A stretch of DNA of 59,537 nucleotides. Source: Octopus bimaculoides (taxonomy: Eukaryota). Location: assembly GCF_001194135.2 (NCBI RefSeq), contig NC_069005.1:978076-1037612 (forward strand), written 5' to 3'. A program made the position numbers and the translations under genes. This document shows positions 1-10,750 of this stretch, piece by piece. The notes beneath the pieces were generated by a model. That model ran no database searches and had not been told where the DNA came from. It was given only the letters and a program-made list of their open reading frames with translations. How positions within the stretch are numbered: the first letter of the stretch is position 1; the number at the start of each line of letters is the position of its first letter.

Positions 1-2032
1 GCGTACATACGAACGGACGAACGAACGAATGAACGAACGAAAGAACGTACGTACATACGTACGTACGAATGACCGACCGAACGAACGAACGTACGTACGC
101 ACGAACGAACATACGTACGAACGAAAGAACGAACGTACGTACGAATGAACGAACCCACGAACGAACGAAAGAACGAACGTACGTTCGTACGTACTTAAGA
201 ACGAACGAACTAACGAATGAACCTACGTACATACGTACGTATGTACGAACGAACGAACGAACAACTGAACGTATGTTCGTACGTACAAACGAACGAACGA
301 ATGAAAGAAAGAACGTACGTCCGGAATTACGTATGTACGATCGATCGAACGAACGAACGAACGAACGTACGTACGTAATGAACGAAACCCCGACCGAATG
401 AACGAACAAACGTACGTAAGTACGTACGAACGAAAGAACGAAAGATCGAACGAACGAAGGTACGTAAGTACGAACGAACGAACGAACTAACGAATGAACG
501 TACGTACGTACGAATCCACGAAAGAACGAACGAACGTACGTACGTATGTAAGTTCGTAAGTAGGTACGCATGAACGAACGAACGATCGTTGGAAAGTACG
601 TACGTACGTACGAATAAAAGAAGGAACGAACGTGCGTTCGTACGTACGAATGCACGAAAGAAGGAACGAATGAAGAAACGAACGTACACACGTACAAACG
701 TAAGAAGGAACGAACGAACGTACGTACGTACGAACGAAANNNNNNNNNNGTAGGAACGTACGAAATAACGAACGTACGTAAGTACGTACGAAAGATCGAA
801 CGAACGAACGATCGAAGGAACGGACGTACATAGGAACGAACGATCGCACGTAGGTACGTACATACGAACGAACAAACGAACGAAGGACCGAACGAACGAA
901 CGATCTCACGAACGAAGTTCGAATGTTCGTACGTAAATGCGAACGAACGAACGAACGGAAGTAGGAACGCACGAAATAACGAACGTACGTAAGTTCGTAC
1001 GAAGATCGTAGGTACGAACGAACCAACGCCCGAACGATCGAAGGAACGAACGAAAGAAAGAACGTACGTAATTAAGTACGAACGAACGATCGTACTTACA
1101 TACGAACGAAGGATATAACGAACGAACGTCCGTACGTACGAACGAAGAAACGAACGAACGTACGTACGTACGAAGAAAGAAACGAACGTAGGAACGCAAG
1201 TTCGTACGAACGAACGAACAAACGAGCGAACGAAGGTACGTAAGCACGAACGAACGAAGGTACGTAAGCACGAACGAACGAAAGAACTTACGTACGTAAT
1301 TACTTATGTACGATCGAACGAACGAATGAACGCAAGATCGAATGTAGGAACGCACGTTCGTACGAACGAACGAACGAACGAAGGTACGTAAGCACGAAGG
1401 AACGAACTAATGAACGAACGAACGTAAGTACGTACGTAAGAACAAACGAACGAACGAAAGAACGAACGCACGTGCGTACATACGTACGTACGAAAGGACG
1501 ATCGAAGGAACGAACGAACAAAAGAACGTACGTACGAACGAATGTACGTACGAACGAATGAACGAACGAAAGAACGAACGTATGTACATACGTACGTATG
1601 TACGAACGAACGTACGTACGTACGTACGAATGCACGAAAGAAGGAACGAACGATCGAACGTACGCACAAACGGACGAACGAACGAACGAACGAACGAAAG
1701 AACGAACGAACGTACGTACATAGGTACGTACGACTGACCGACCGAACGAACGAGCGTACGTACGAATGTAGGTAATTTAGAACGAACGTAAGTACGCACG
1801 AACGAACGTACGTAAGTACGTACGAATGAACGAAGCTATTAACGAACGAAAGAACGAAAGAACGTACGTAGGTACGTACGTACGAATGCACGAAAAAGGA
1901 ACGAACGATCGACGGTCGAATGTACGTACGTACGTACGCACGTACGTAAGTACGTACGTACGCACGTACGTCCAAACGTACGAACGTATATACGTACGTA
2001 TGTACGAATGAACGAACGAAATAACGTACGTA
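1..2032. repeat. Complex tetranucleotide array (ACGA)n/(ACGT)n, CpG-dense, with recurring longer sub-units; runs off the window start
   Basis: Direct reading: interleaved AACG/TACG units. Longer words recur, e.g. gtaggaacg(t/c)acgaaataacgaacgtacgtaag at ~750 and ~961, gaaggtacgtaagcacgaa at ~1232/1257/1380, acgaatgcacgaaa at ~646/1626/1882. Grades into (ACAT)/(AC)n at ~2033-2105. Confidence 0.95.
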
Positions 2033-2172
2033 CATACCTACATACATGCATGCATGCATACACATACATACATACACACATCCATACATACACACATCCA
2101 TACATTTCAGAAATATTAACAGAGTTATCAGGGATTAAATATTCTTGACATCAGCTTCTTTTCTGTCTTTAG

Positions 2173-2593
2173 TCCAAGACCTGACCATTCTGAGAACTAC
2201 AATCCACAGCAGGCAGTTGTGAACAGTGATGCATATTCACGGTTTGGTCCCACTTCTCAAAGAGGAGAAAGGATACTTCAATCAGCAGACAATAAATTTC
2301 CGGACACGAAGTTTGTCAGAGAGAAGCATCTCCAGAAACTCCCAGCTCCTTCTGTCCCTACAACTGGGAAAAGAGTTGCTCCAGCTGGCAGTAAACACGG
2401 GATAAATTTCTCAAACTCATTAGTGTCAACATCTGCGCAACCAGCACAGAGTGGTATGGACGAGGGGAGCACAGCGAAGCCATCACTAAACCAGCCCCAA
2501 GAAAAAAAGGTGAAATGGTTGTCTTCGTGTCCAAACAGTTGTGCTCCAGCTAAGAAACAACAAAAGCTTGCATCACCACTCGCTTTCAACCAT
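2173..2593 (+). CDS. Internal coding exon of an unidentified gene (PRPDHSENYNPQQAVVNSDAY...KKQQKLASPLAFNH)
   Basis: Acceptor cttcttttctgtctttAG at 2171-2172, 140 open codons, strong donor CAT|GTAAGT at 2594 (phase 0). Sequence is more GC-balanced than the flanks. No recognisable domain. Confidence 0.8.
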
Positions 2594-2939
2594 GTAAGTA
2601 TTTAATATTCTTTACAATTAGCCAGGCTCTGAAATGACCAGAATTGCTGGGAGATGGACTAAACACCCTATGGTATTTAATTTCGTCTGTCAGGGTTTTT
2701 TTTTTAGTGGAATTCATGCCAGAATCAACTCATCCAGAGTTAATTATTAAATAATTAGACATGTGCCTTGATAAAGTAAATTTACTTGGGTTACTGAGTA
2801 CTGAAAACTTCAGATTTATTTCTTTCAGTTTTGTTTATTTGCTTATTCAGATTTCACTGGTTTTTTTTTATCATTGTTAATGCTGAGGTTATTGACATTG
2901 TTGTGATTGCAACTCACAACCAGTTTATCATAGTATTAC

Positions 2940-2944
<5 letters not shown>

Positions 2945-3011
<67 letters not shown>
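2945..3011. repeat. (AT)n microsatellite
   Basis: Pure TA dinucleotide run. Confidence 0.97.
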
Positions 3012-3014
<3 letters not shown>

Positions 3015-3435
3015 GTTAATTTTTAAATTCGAGAAAAAGACTAAAACACACTGTACAGATGCATCTATAGTCCCCCCACGACCCTTTGAATCTCCTTTTG
3101 TTCTTGTGCCTGTATAAAATTTTCTACTGAACTCCCACCAACCCAGGGGTGGTACCACCCAATATGAGAAGTACTCACCTGCATCAATATTATATTACCA
3201 TCTACATCGATATTTATATTACTTGGAGTGGATGCATTCTTGTTAAATCTATTACAAACCATTTTCTCCACAGATCAATAGAACCATTCATCCATTGATA
3301 AGTATATTTAACGATAAAATCTCCATCAATGTAGCCTATTAATTATGTTAATGACTAAACTATTAAACATACATTTATGCTTCCCTTTTAACATTCACTG
3401 TTTCTTTGTGTTTTTATTCTTCTTGTAATTCTCAG

Positions 3436-3501
3436 GGAGAGCCTGAAATCATAGAAAGCAAGCCCCCACTTTCACAACCTCGAAGAACATTTCGAAAATA
3501 G
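3436..3501 (+). CDS. Probable terminal coding exon of the same gene (GEPEIIESKPPLSQPRRTFRK*)
   Basis: Pyrimidine-rich acceptor ttcttgtaattctcAG at 3434-3435, phase 0 matching the upstream donor, TAG at 3499-3501. Confidence 0.65.
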   Translation, partial: GEPEIIESKPPLSQPRRTFRK

Positions 3502-3697
3502 CAAGGGAAATTGTCCAGACGAAGAGTATGCAGGCAGGAATGAAGTAAAAATTATTGCATACATCTTTATTTTATGTCTATAGTTCTGAGATGAATCGTT
3601 ACGAATACAATTAAGATGGATTGACTCCTTTCCAGAGTGTATATTTAAAATATTTACATTTAATATATAATATTAATAATATTGATATTCATTCATG

Positions 3698-3911
3698 AGC
3701 CATCAAGCAGGCAAGAATCATTAACGTGCCAGGCAAAATGCTTCGTGGCGTTTCATCTGACTTCAAGTCCTGAGTTCAAATGCTGCCGGGGTTGACTTTG
3801 CCTTTCATCCTTTTGTGGTTGATAAAATAAGTACCAGTTATGCACTGGTGTCAATGTAATTGACTTACTCCTTTCCTGCAAAATTGCTGGCCTTATGGCA
3901 AAATTTGAAAT
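3698..3911 (+). mobile_element. tRNA-head SINE, family A (Deu/Nin-domain-like core)
   Basis: B-box-like GAGTTCAAAT, core ttgcctttcatccttttgtggttgataaaataagtaccag, tail aaattgctggcc...aaaatttgaaa; reverse complement of the copies at 6.1-10 kb. Confidence 0.8.
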
Positions 3912-4172
3912 GAATATTTACATTTATATTGATATTTATATCAATATTAAAATTTAATATAAAAATATTTGCCGTTACTCTGCACTTTTGATCACTTTAA
4001 TCCCTAATTGTCATTAGATGTGTTATTCCGGGATGTCTACACCAAGTCCAGTTCTGGATAGAAGTCATCCAGGAATAAGAACACCTATGGTTGACTGCAG
4101 TGTGATGTAAACATTGCAAGCAATTAAGCACAGTGATAATTTTATAAGTTAAAACATATACATATACATACA

Positions 4173-4372
4173 CTCTTTTACTTGTTTCAGTCATTTGACT
4201 GCGGCCATGCTGCAGCACCACCTTTAGTCGAGCAAATCGACCCCAGGACTTATTCTTTATAAGCCTAGTACTTATTCTATCGGTCTTTTGCTGAACCGCT
4301 AAGTTACGGGGACGTAAACACACCAGCATTGGTTGTCAAGCGATGGTGGGGGAACAAACACAGATACACCAA
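4173..4372 (-). mobile_element. SINE family B, 3' half
   Basis: Reverse complement of 38700-38850 plus the tail seen at 42620-42666 (cttgtttcagtcatttgactgcggccatgctg...gacgtaaacacaccagcat). Confidence 0.85.
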
Positions 4373-4640
4373 CACATGCATATATACATATATATATATA
4401 TACACACACACATACATTTAACTAATTATAAACTGTTCAATTATGCACAAACATCTAAGTTAAACTGTATATATTGTCTTTAAGATATATTAAGTGTACA
4501 TACTAAATATACACATGATAAACATATACATAAGTACTCATGCATAGCTAAAATGACATGCACAGAAATACAGACGCTGTACAACTAAACATGCTGTCTA
4601 CAGCTGTCCAACAAACTTATTATACATGTATATATATATA

Positions 4641-4679
<39 letters not shown>

Positions 4680-6097
4680 TTTTAAAAATATGGTTCACAT
4701 ATGGTAGAATCTGAAATTTTGATTAGAATTCAGCTGAAGCTCACTATTTCATGAGTGTTAGTGCCACAAATTTGTTACCAAAATCTGATAATAAAAACAG
4801 AAAGGTAATTCAGATTTTTTTCCCAGGTGTTATTTAATAAAACTGCACTCCACAACCATTTCTGTTTATTGAGTCATTTAACATTGTCACTGATTTCGCA
4901 CCAAACCCATTTGGTGGTATTGGAGGCTTTGGCTCCATGAAAATTTACTTTTATTCTACATATTCTGTGTGTGTGTNNNNNNNNNNNNNNNNNNNNNNNN
5001 NNNNNNNNNNNNNNNNNNNNNNNNNNNNNNNNNNNNNNNNNNNNNNNNNNNNNNNNNNNNNNNNNNNNNNNNNNNNNNNNNNNNNNNNNNNNNNNNNNNN
5101 NNNNNNNNNNNNNNNNNNNNNNNNNNNNNNNNNNNNNNNNNNNNNNNNNNNNNNNNNNNNNNNNNNNNNNNNNNNNNNNNNNNNNNNNNNNNNNNNNNNN
5201 NNNNNNNNNNNNNNNNNNNNNNNNNNNNNNNNNNNNNNNNNNNNNNNNNNNNNNNNNNNNNNNNNNNNNNNNNNNNNNNNNNNNNNNNNNNNNNNNNNNN
5301 NNNNNNNNNNNNNNNNNNNNNNNNNNNNNNNNNNNNNNNNNNNNNNNNNNNNNNNNNNNNNNNNNNNNNNNNNNNNNNNNNNNNNNNNNNNNNNNNNNNN
5401 NNNNNNNNNNNNNNNNNNNNNNNNNNNNNNNNNNNNNNNNNNNNNNNNNNNNNNNNNNNNNNNNNNNNNNNNNNNNNNNNNNNNNNNNNNNNNNNNNNNN
5501 NNNNNNNNNNNNNNNNNNNNNNNNNNNNNNNNNNNNNNNNNNNNNNNNNNNNNNNNNNNNNNNNNNNNNNNNNNNNNNNNNNNNNNNNNNNNNNNNNNNN
5601 NNNNNNNNNNNAAATATCCATTTTCTTGACTCCACCATAACCCCTCCTAAACACACCCCCCCGCCCAAATTTTGTATATTCGGAATTGACATGATGTAAC
5701 ACATATTTGTAGACAATTTCCTTAAACATCATTCATTTTTCTGAAAGTTATTTATCATCATCCAAAATCGGGGCCGCAGAAATCTGTTGTTATTCTGATT
5801 CATTAAATACGTAAAATGAGTAGAACAAGTAAAAAAAAAAAAGGTTTACACGTATTTTTTTTGTTTTTTTCATATTCGTTTCCTATACATTTTTCCTTTA
5901 CTTCCGTTGCACTATTTATTTTTTTTCGTTTCCGGGTAAAATTGTAAACATTAACCAAATTTTGAAAAACAAAAATTAAACATCACAAGGGGGCATCACG
6001 GTTGCCAACCGATTTTGGGGAACCACAGCTAAGCAAGTTGTCCAGCATTACTGACAATTCTGCCTTTATTGCCAGTCTGCCACACTGTCTCATAATA

Positions 6098-6846
6098 TTG
6101 GTTTCAAATTTTGACACAAGGCCAGCAATTTCGGAGGCGGGCATAAGTCGATTACATTGACGCCTCCAGAACTCAACTGGTTCTTATTTTGACTCCCAAA
6201 AGATGACCTCAATGGAATTTGAACTCAGAACATAAAGACTGAGAGAAAATGCCAAACTAATCTTAAAAAGAAACATAATTAGCAAATGTAAGAGAAAAAC
6301 AATTGGTCGGAAACAAAAATAAAAAGACAAAGTTTTATTATTTTTTTTATGTGTTGTTGATATTATTTTCAGTTTTAATGTCACAAATGTTTCCTGGAAG
6401 TCTGTTATTTCTTCTCAAAGTTCTGTTGCTGTTTTTTGTTTATTTTGTTCTTAAAGCTTTTTATTATTAGTTCAAGAATCACTGAAATTATTTCGTTTTT
6501 TTTTTATTTTGTTTTTCAAAAGAGATTATTAAAGTCAATTTCGGCTTTTGTTTCTCTGGAATATATTCACCATTCCTTTCTTGAAATAGAATTCAGCAGG
6601 CACAACACTTTTTTTTCTTTTTTTGTTTTAATTAATAATAATAAATTCTTTTGATGATGATTACGATGATGATGATGATGATGACGGAAGTGGTAGTGAT
6701 AACAATGATGGCAGTGATGACGATGATGATGATGATTTCTTGATAAGATATGTGGCCTTAGGAAAGAGGTGATGAGGAGTTGTGGTCTTCAAGCCTTTTC
6801 CAATAGATATTACTAGATGATGGAAGAAGTTTCATTTGCTATTATC

Positions 6847-6882
<36 letters not shown>

Positions 6883-9687
6883 TTCTTCTATAGGCACAAG
6901 GCCTGAAATTTGGTGGGTAAGGGGCAAGTCGATCATATCAACCCCAGTGCTTGACTGGTACTTGTTGACCCCGAAAGGATGAAAGGCAAAGTTGACCCCA
7001 GCAGAATTTGAACTCAAAACATAAAGACGGGTGAAATGCCACTAAGCATTTCAGTGTGCTAACGATTCTGCCAGCTCACCCGCCTTTTCAATAATAATAA
7101 TAATAACAACAAGTTTCTGGTTTGGGCATGTGGCCACTACTTTCAATGGTAGTGGGATCGGTTGATATTATAAACCCCAGTACTTGACTGGTACTTTATT
7201 TTATCAACCCTGAAAGGGTGAGAAGCAAAGTGGACCTTGGTGAGATTTGAACTCAGAATGTAAAAAGATGGAACAAATACCACAAGGTATTATTATTATT
7301 AAGTAGCAGCCTGAAGATGAGATGGTAGACTAGTCATAATAATGATGGTTTCATACAACATGGCAAAAGGCCTCAGATTTGTAACGGGGAGTGGAGAGTA
7401 AAGAGGATATTGTGATCTTTCCCAAGAATATGTGATACATCAGTGAAATGGCTTCAGCTGGGAATTGAACCTGCTTCATGGATTCAGTTTATCAATTGCG
7501 TATTTGTACTCTTCTGTACTTTACAACAGCTGTTATTATTAATAATAATAATAGTAGTCCTTTCTACTATGGGCACAAGGCCTGGAATTTTGCAGGAAGG
7601 GAGTCAGTCAATTACATTGACCCCAGTGCTCAACCCCAAAAGAATGAAAGACAAAGTCGACTTCAGCAGAATTTGAACTCAGAATGTAAAGAGCTGGAAG
7701 AAATGCTGCTAAGCGTTTGGTCTGCTGCACCAACTGTTCTGCCAACTTGCAGCCACAACGCTAACAATTGTTATTACCATTATCGTTATTATTATTATTA
7801 TTTCTCCAATTGGCAGTAAGCCAGCAATTTGCAAGGGAGGAAGTCTCGCTGACAGAATTGATTCCTGTATTTAACAGTTATTTATTTTATTGATTGGGAA
7901 GGATGGAAGGCGAAAGCGAAAACAAGGAAAGGAAAGGAAAACATCAACAACGGCAGTATTTTGGACTCCGACTGAAGATGGAGGGTGGGAGTGGTTAGCG
8001 TGGAGAGGAGTGGGTTGCTCTACTGTTCCTGGCACTCTACCACCACCACCACGATGATGATGATGATTTCATTCAAGTAATCAGAATAATGATGATAATA
8101 ATAATAATAATAATAATTTCTAATAGAGGCACATTCCCACAAATATTTTGTATATATTTTGAAGGAAAGTAGTGGGGAGGAACAGTCAAGTGAACGGACA
8201 TTGCTATGTTACTGGTACTTGTTTTTGTATAACCGACTCCCACTTGACCCGACCCCACAATGGAGCAAAGCCAAATGTTGCTCTGAATGGGATTTCGCCT
8301 CAGAACGTCTCAGAGCGGAAGAGAGAGAGAGAGAGAGACAGTTGTTTGGACAGCACTGTCTGGGCCCTGTCACTACCTTCAATAGATATATCGCATATTT
8401 ATACAAAGTCATGCACCTTGGCACAAGGTCATACACATTTGTATAGGGTTATATATTGGTACAAAATCCCACATTGAAACAAGTTCATACATGTGTATGA
8501 AATCATAGAATGTGTGGGGTCCTACAAGTGTACAAAGTCATAGAATGTGTGAGGTCCTACATGTGTACAAAGTCATAGAATGTGTGGGGTCCTACATGTG
8601 TACAAAGTCATACGAGACCAAACATTTGTTCAAGATTGCACATTGATAATCAACTGCATCATCTTCAGTATTGCTGCCCCATGATGGATGAAAGGGAAAA
8701 AAAGTCAGCAGCCCTAAAAGAGTTGAAAATGAAAAACTGGGACATGTAGCCCCACAGTCTACTCTTTTAGTCCCTCTCCCAGCTTCTACCTGGAATATTG
8801 ATAATAATAATAGTTTCAAATTTTGGCAAAAGGCCAGCAAGTTTGGCAAAGTCAATTAAATCGACCCCCAGCATTCAACTGGGACTTAATTTATTGACCT
8901 TGAAAGGATGAAAGGCAAAGTTGACCTCAGCAGTATTTGAACTCAGAACATAAAGACAGATAAAATTTTACCAAGCATTTTCCCAGCATGCTAAGGATTC
9001 TGCCATCTCACCACCTTATTAATAATGATAATAATAATAATAACGATGATTCTAGCAAAAGCACAGAGGGCCAAAAGTTAGGACAAGGAACAGTCGTTTA
9101 TATTGACCCTGGTCCTTGACTGCTACTTTATCTTATCAACCTCAGAAGGATGAAAAACAAAGTTGGCCTAGGCAGGATTTGAACTCAAAATCTAAAGAGT
9201 TCTAACTTGAAAACCACAAAGAATTTTAACCAAGGTTGTCATTCTTCCATTCTATCAATAATAATAATAATAATAATAATAATAATCCTTTCAACTGAAG
9301 GGACAAGGCCTGAAATTTGGTGGGGAGGGGACTAGTCGATTACATCAACCCCAGTGTTCCACTTATTTTATTGACCCCCGAAGGGATGAAAGGCAAAGTC
9401 GACCTCGGTGGAATTTGAACTCAGAACATAGCAAGAGGTGAAATACCACTAAGCATTTCGTCCAGCAAGCAAATGATTCTGCCAGCTCACCACCTTAATT
9501 ATGATGATGATGATGATGATGATGATTTCAAATTTTGGCACAAGGCCAGCAATTTCAGGGGAGGGGGTATGTCAATTACATTGACCCCAAAAAATGAAAG
9601 GCAAAGTTAACACCAGAATGTAAGGACGGCCGAAATGCTGCTAAGCATTTTGCCTGGCATGTTAATGGCTCTGCCAGCTCACGGCCT

Positions 9688-9744
<57 letters not shown>

Positions 9745-9972
9745 TGTTGTTGTTGTTTCAAATTTTTAACAGAAAGCCAGCAGTTTTGCGTGGGTGGGGG
9801 GCAAGTTGATTACATCAATGCCAGCACCTGACTGGTACTTTATTCTATCGACCCTGAAAGGAGGAAAGGCAAAGTGGACCTCAGTGTCATTTGAAACCAG
9901 GACGTAATGAACCAGAAGAAATGCAGTAAGCACTTTGTCTGCTGTGCTAACAATTCTGCCAGCTCACCATCT

Positions 9973-9973
<1 letters not shown>
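6098..9973 (-). mobile_element. Array of ~11 co-oriented family A SINE copies separated by (AAT)n/(GAT)n tracts
   Basis: Approximate copies: 6098-6245, 6884-7088, 7111-7290, 7558-7755, 7811-7920 (partial), 8115-8225 (partial), 8812-9017, 9050-9230, 9287-9497, 9525-9688, 9755-9973. Shared motifs cacaaggcc...gacccc.gaaaggatgaaaggcaaagt.gacc...gaatttgaactcagaa...tctgccagctc. Confidence 0.85.
8490..8612. repeat. 35-bp minisatellite, ~3.5 copies (catgtgtacaaagtcatagaatgtgtggggtccta)
   Basis: Units start at 8490, 8525, 8560, 8595; contiguous, no spacers. Confidence 0.95.
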
Positions 9974-10034
<61 letters not shown>

Positions 10035-10142
10035 TAATGTGGATTATAGACACAGCCATATAGATGGGGGAAGCAGAATATTTTCTGAATTTTAAAAAAA
10101 CAAAAAAGGAAAAAAAACCAATATAGTTTGTGTGTGTGTTTG

Positions 10143-10522
10143 TTATACAGTTGTTTCCATCCCATTGTTAGGGGAAGGGGCTGCTTCATTGTCTGTCGAC
10201 AGGGATGCCATGGTGCAGTGATAACGCATTTGGTGAATAGAGGGTGCTGGTGCTGGTGGAGGTGGTGGTAACAGTGCAGGGTCAAGCCCTTGATCATAGA
10301 TTATGGTTTCGTACGGAGGAGGAGGATCGTAGCCCGGATATGGAGGCAGTTCGACTGGTTTGGGGAAATCCATGCTGGAGAATATTCCAAAGAAGCCTTC
10401 CCAAGTGAGAATATCATAGGGGTCGGCATGGAGTTCCCCTATAGTTCCTATAGGGCCCCGCGGATGGCCTGACTGTTGGCTTCGCCCAATATCCTGGTGT
10501 GCTATAGGAAAGAGATAAACAC
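10143..10522 (-). CDS. Terminal coding exon of CUB-like single-pass membrane protein: cytoplasmic tail with LPPY, PPPPY, YDIL, YETI and polyproline
   Basis: Acceptor gcAG|GT at 10524-10523, phase 1; open frame (G)VYLFPIAHQDIG...VELPPYPGYDPPPPYETIIY...NNGMETTV*; GC-rich island in AT-rich flanks. Confidence 0.85.
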
Positions 10523-10654
10523 CTGCATATTCATATAAAATATATATAAATAACATATATATACACATACACAAAACATACACATTATTTTATGTCAATT
10601 TATGTGAAATAAATGTTAATTTGTATGAGGTTATGTTAACATTTTAAAAGGTTC

Positions 10655-10750
10655 AGTTACTCATTAGATAATTGGGTTTGTTGTAATTTTTAGCTCTGAT
10701 CAAGTTACTCATTAGATAATTGGGTTTGTTGTAATTTTTAGCTCTGATCA
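10655..10750. repeat. Perfect 48-bp tandem duplication
   Basis: agttactcattagataattgggtttgttgtaatttttagctctgatca at 10655 and 10703. Confidence 0.95.

Noticed and set aside
69-2105. Many long ORFs (RTNE/FVRS-rich) in the first 2 kb
   Set aside because: They are translations of a tetranucleotide array that rarely contains stop codons; no protein-like complexity.
8490-8612. Possible CRISPR array (35-bp repeats)
   Set aside because: Units are contiguous with no unique spacers, there are no cas genes, and the context is eukaryotic.
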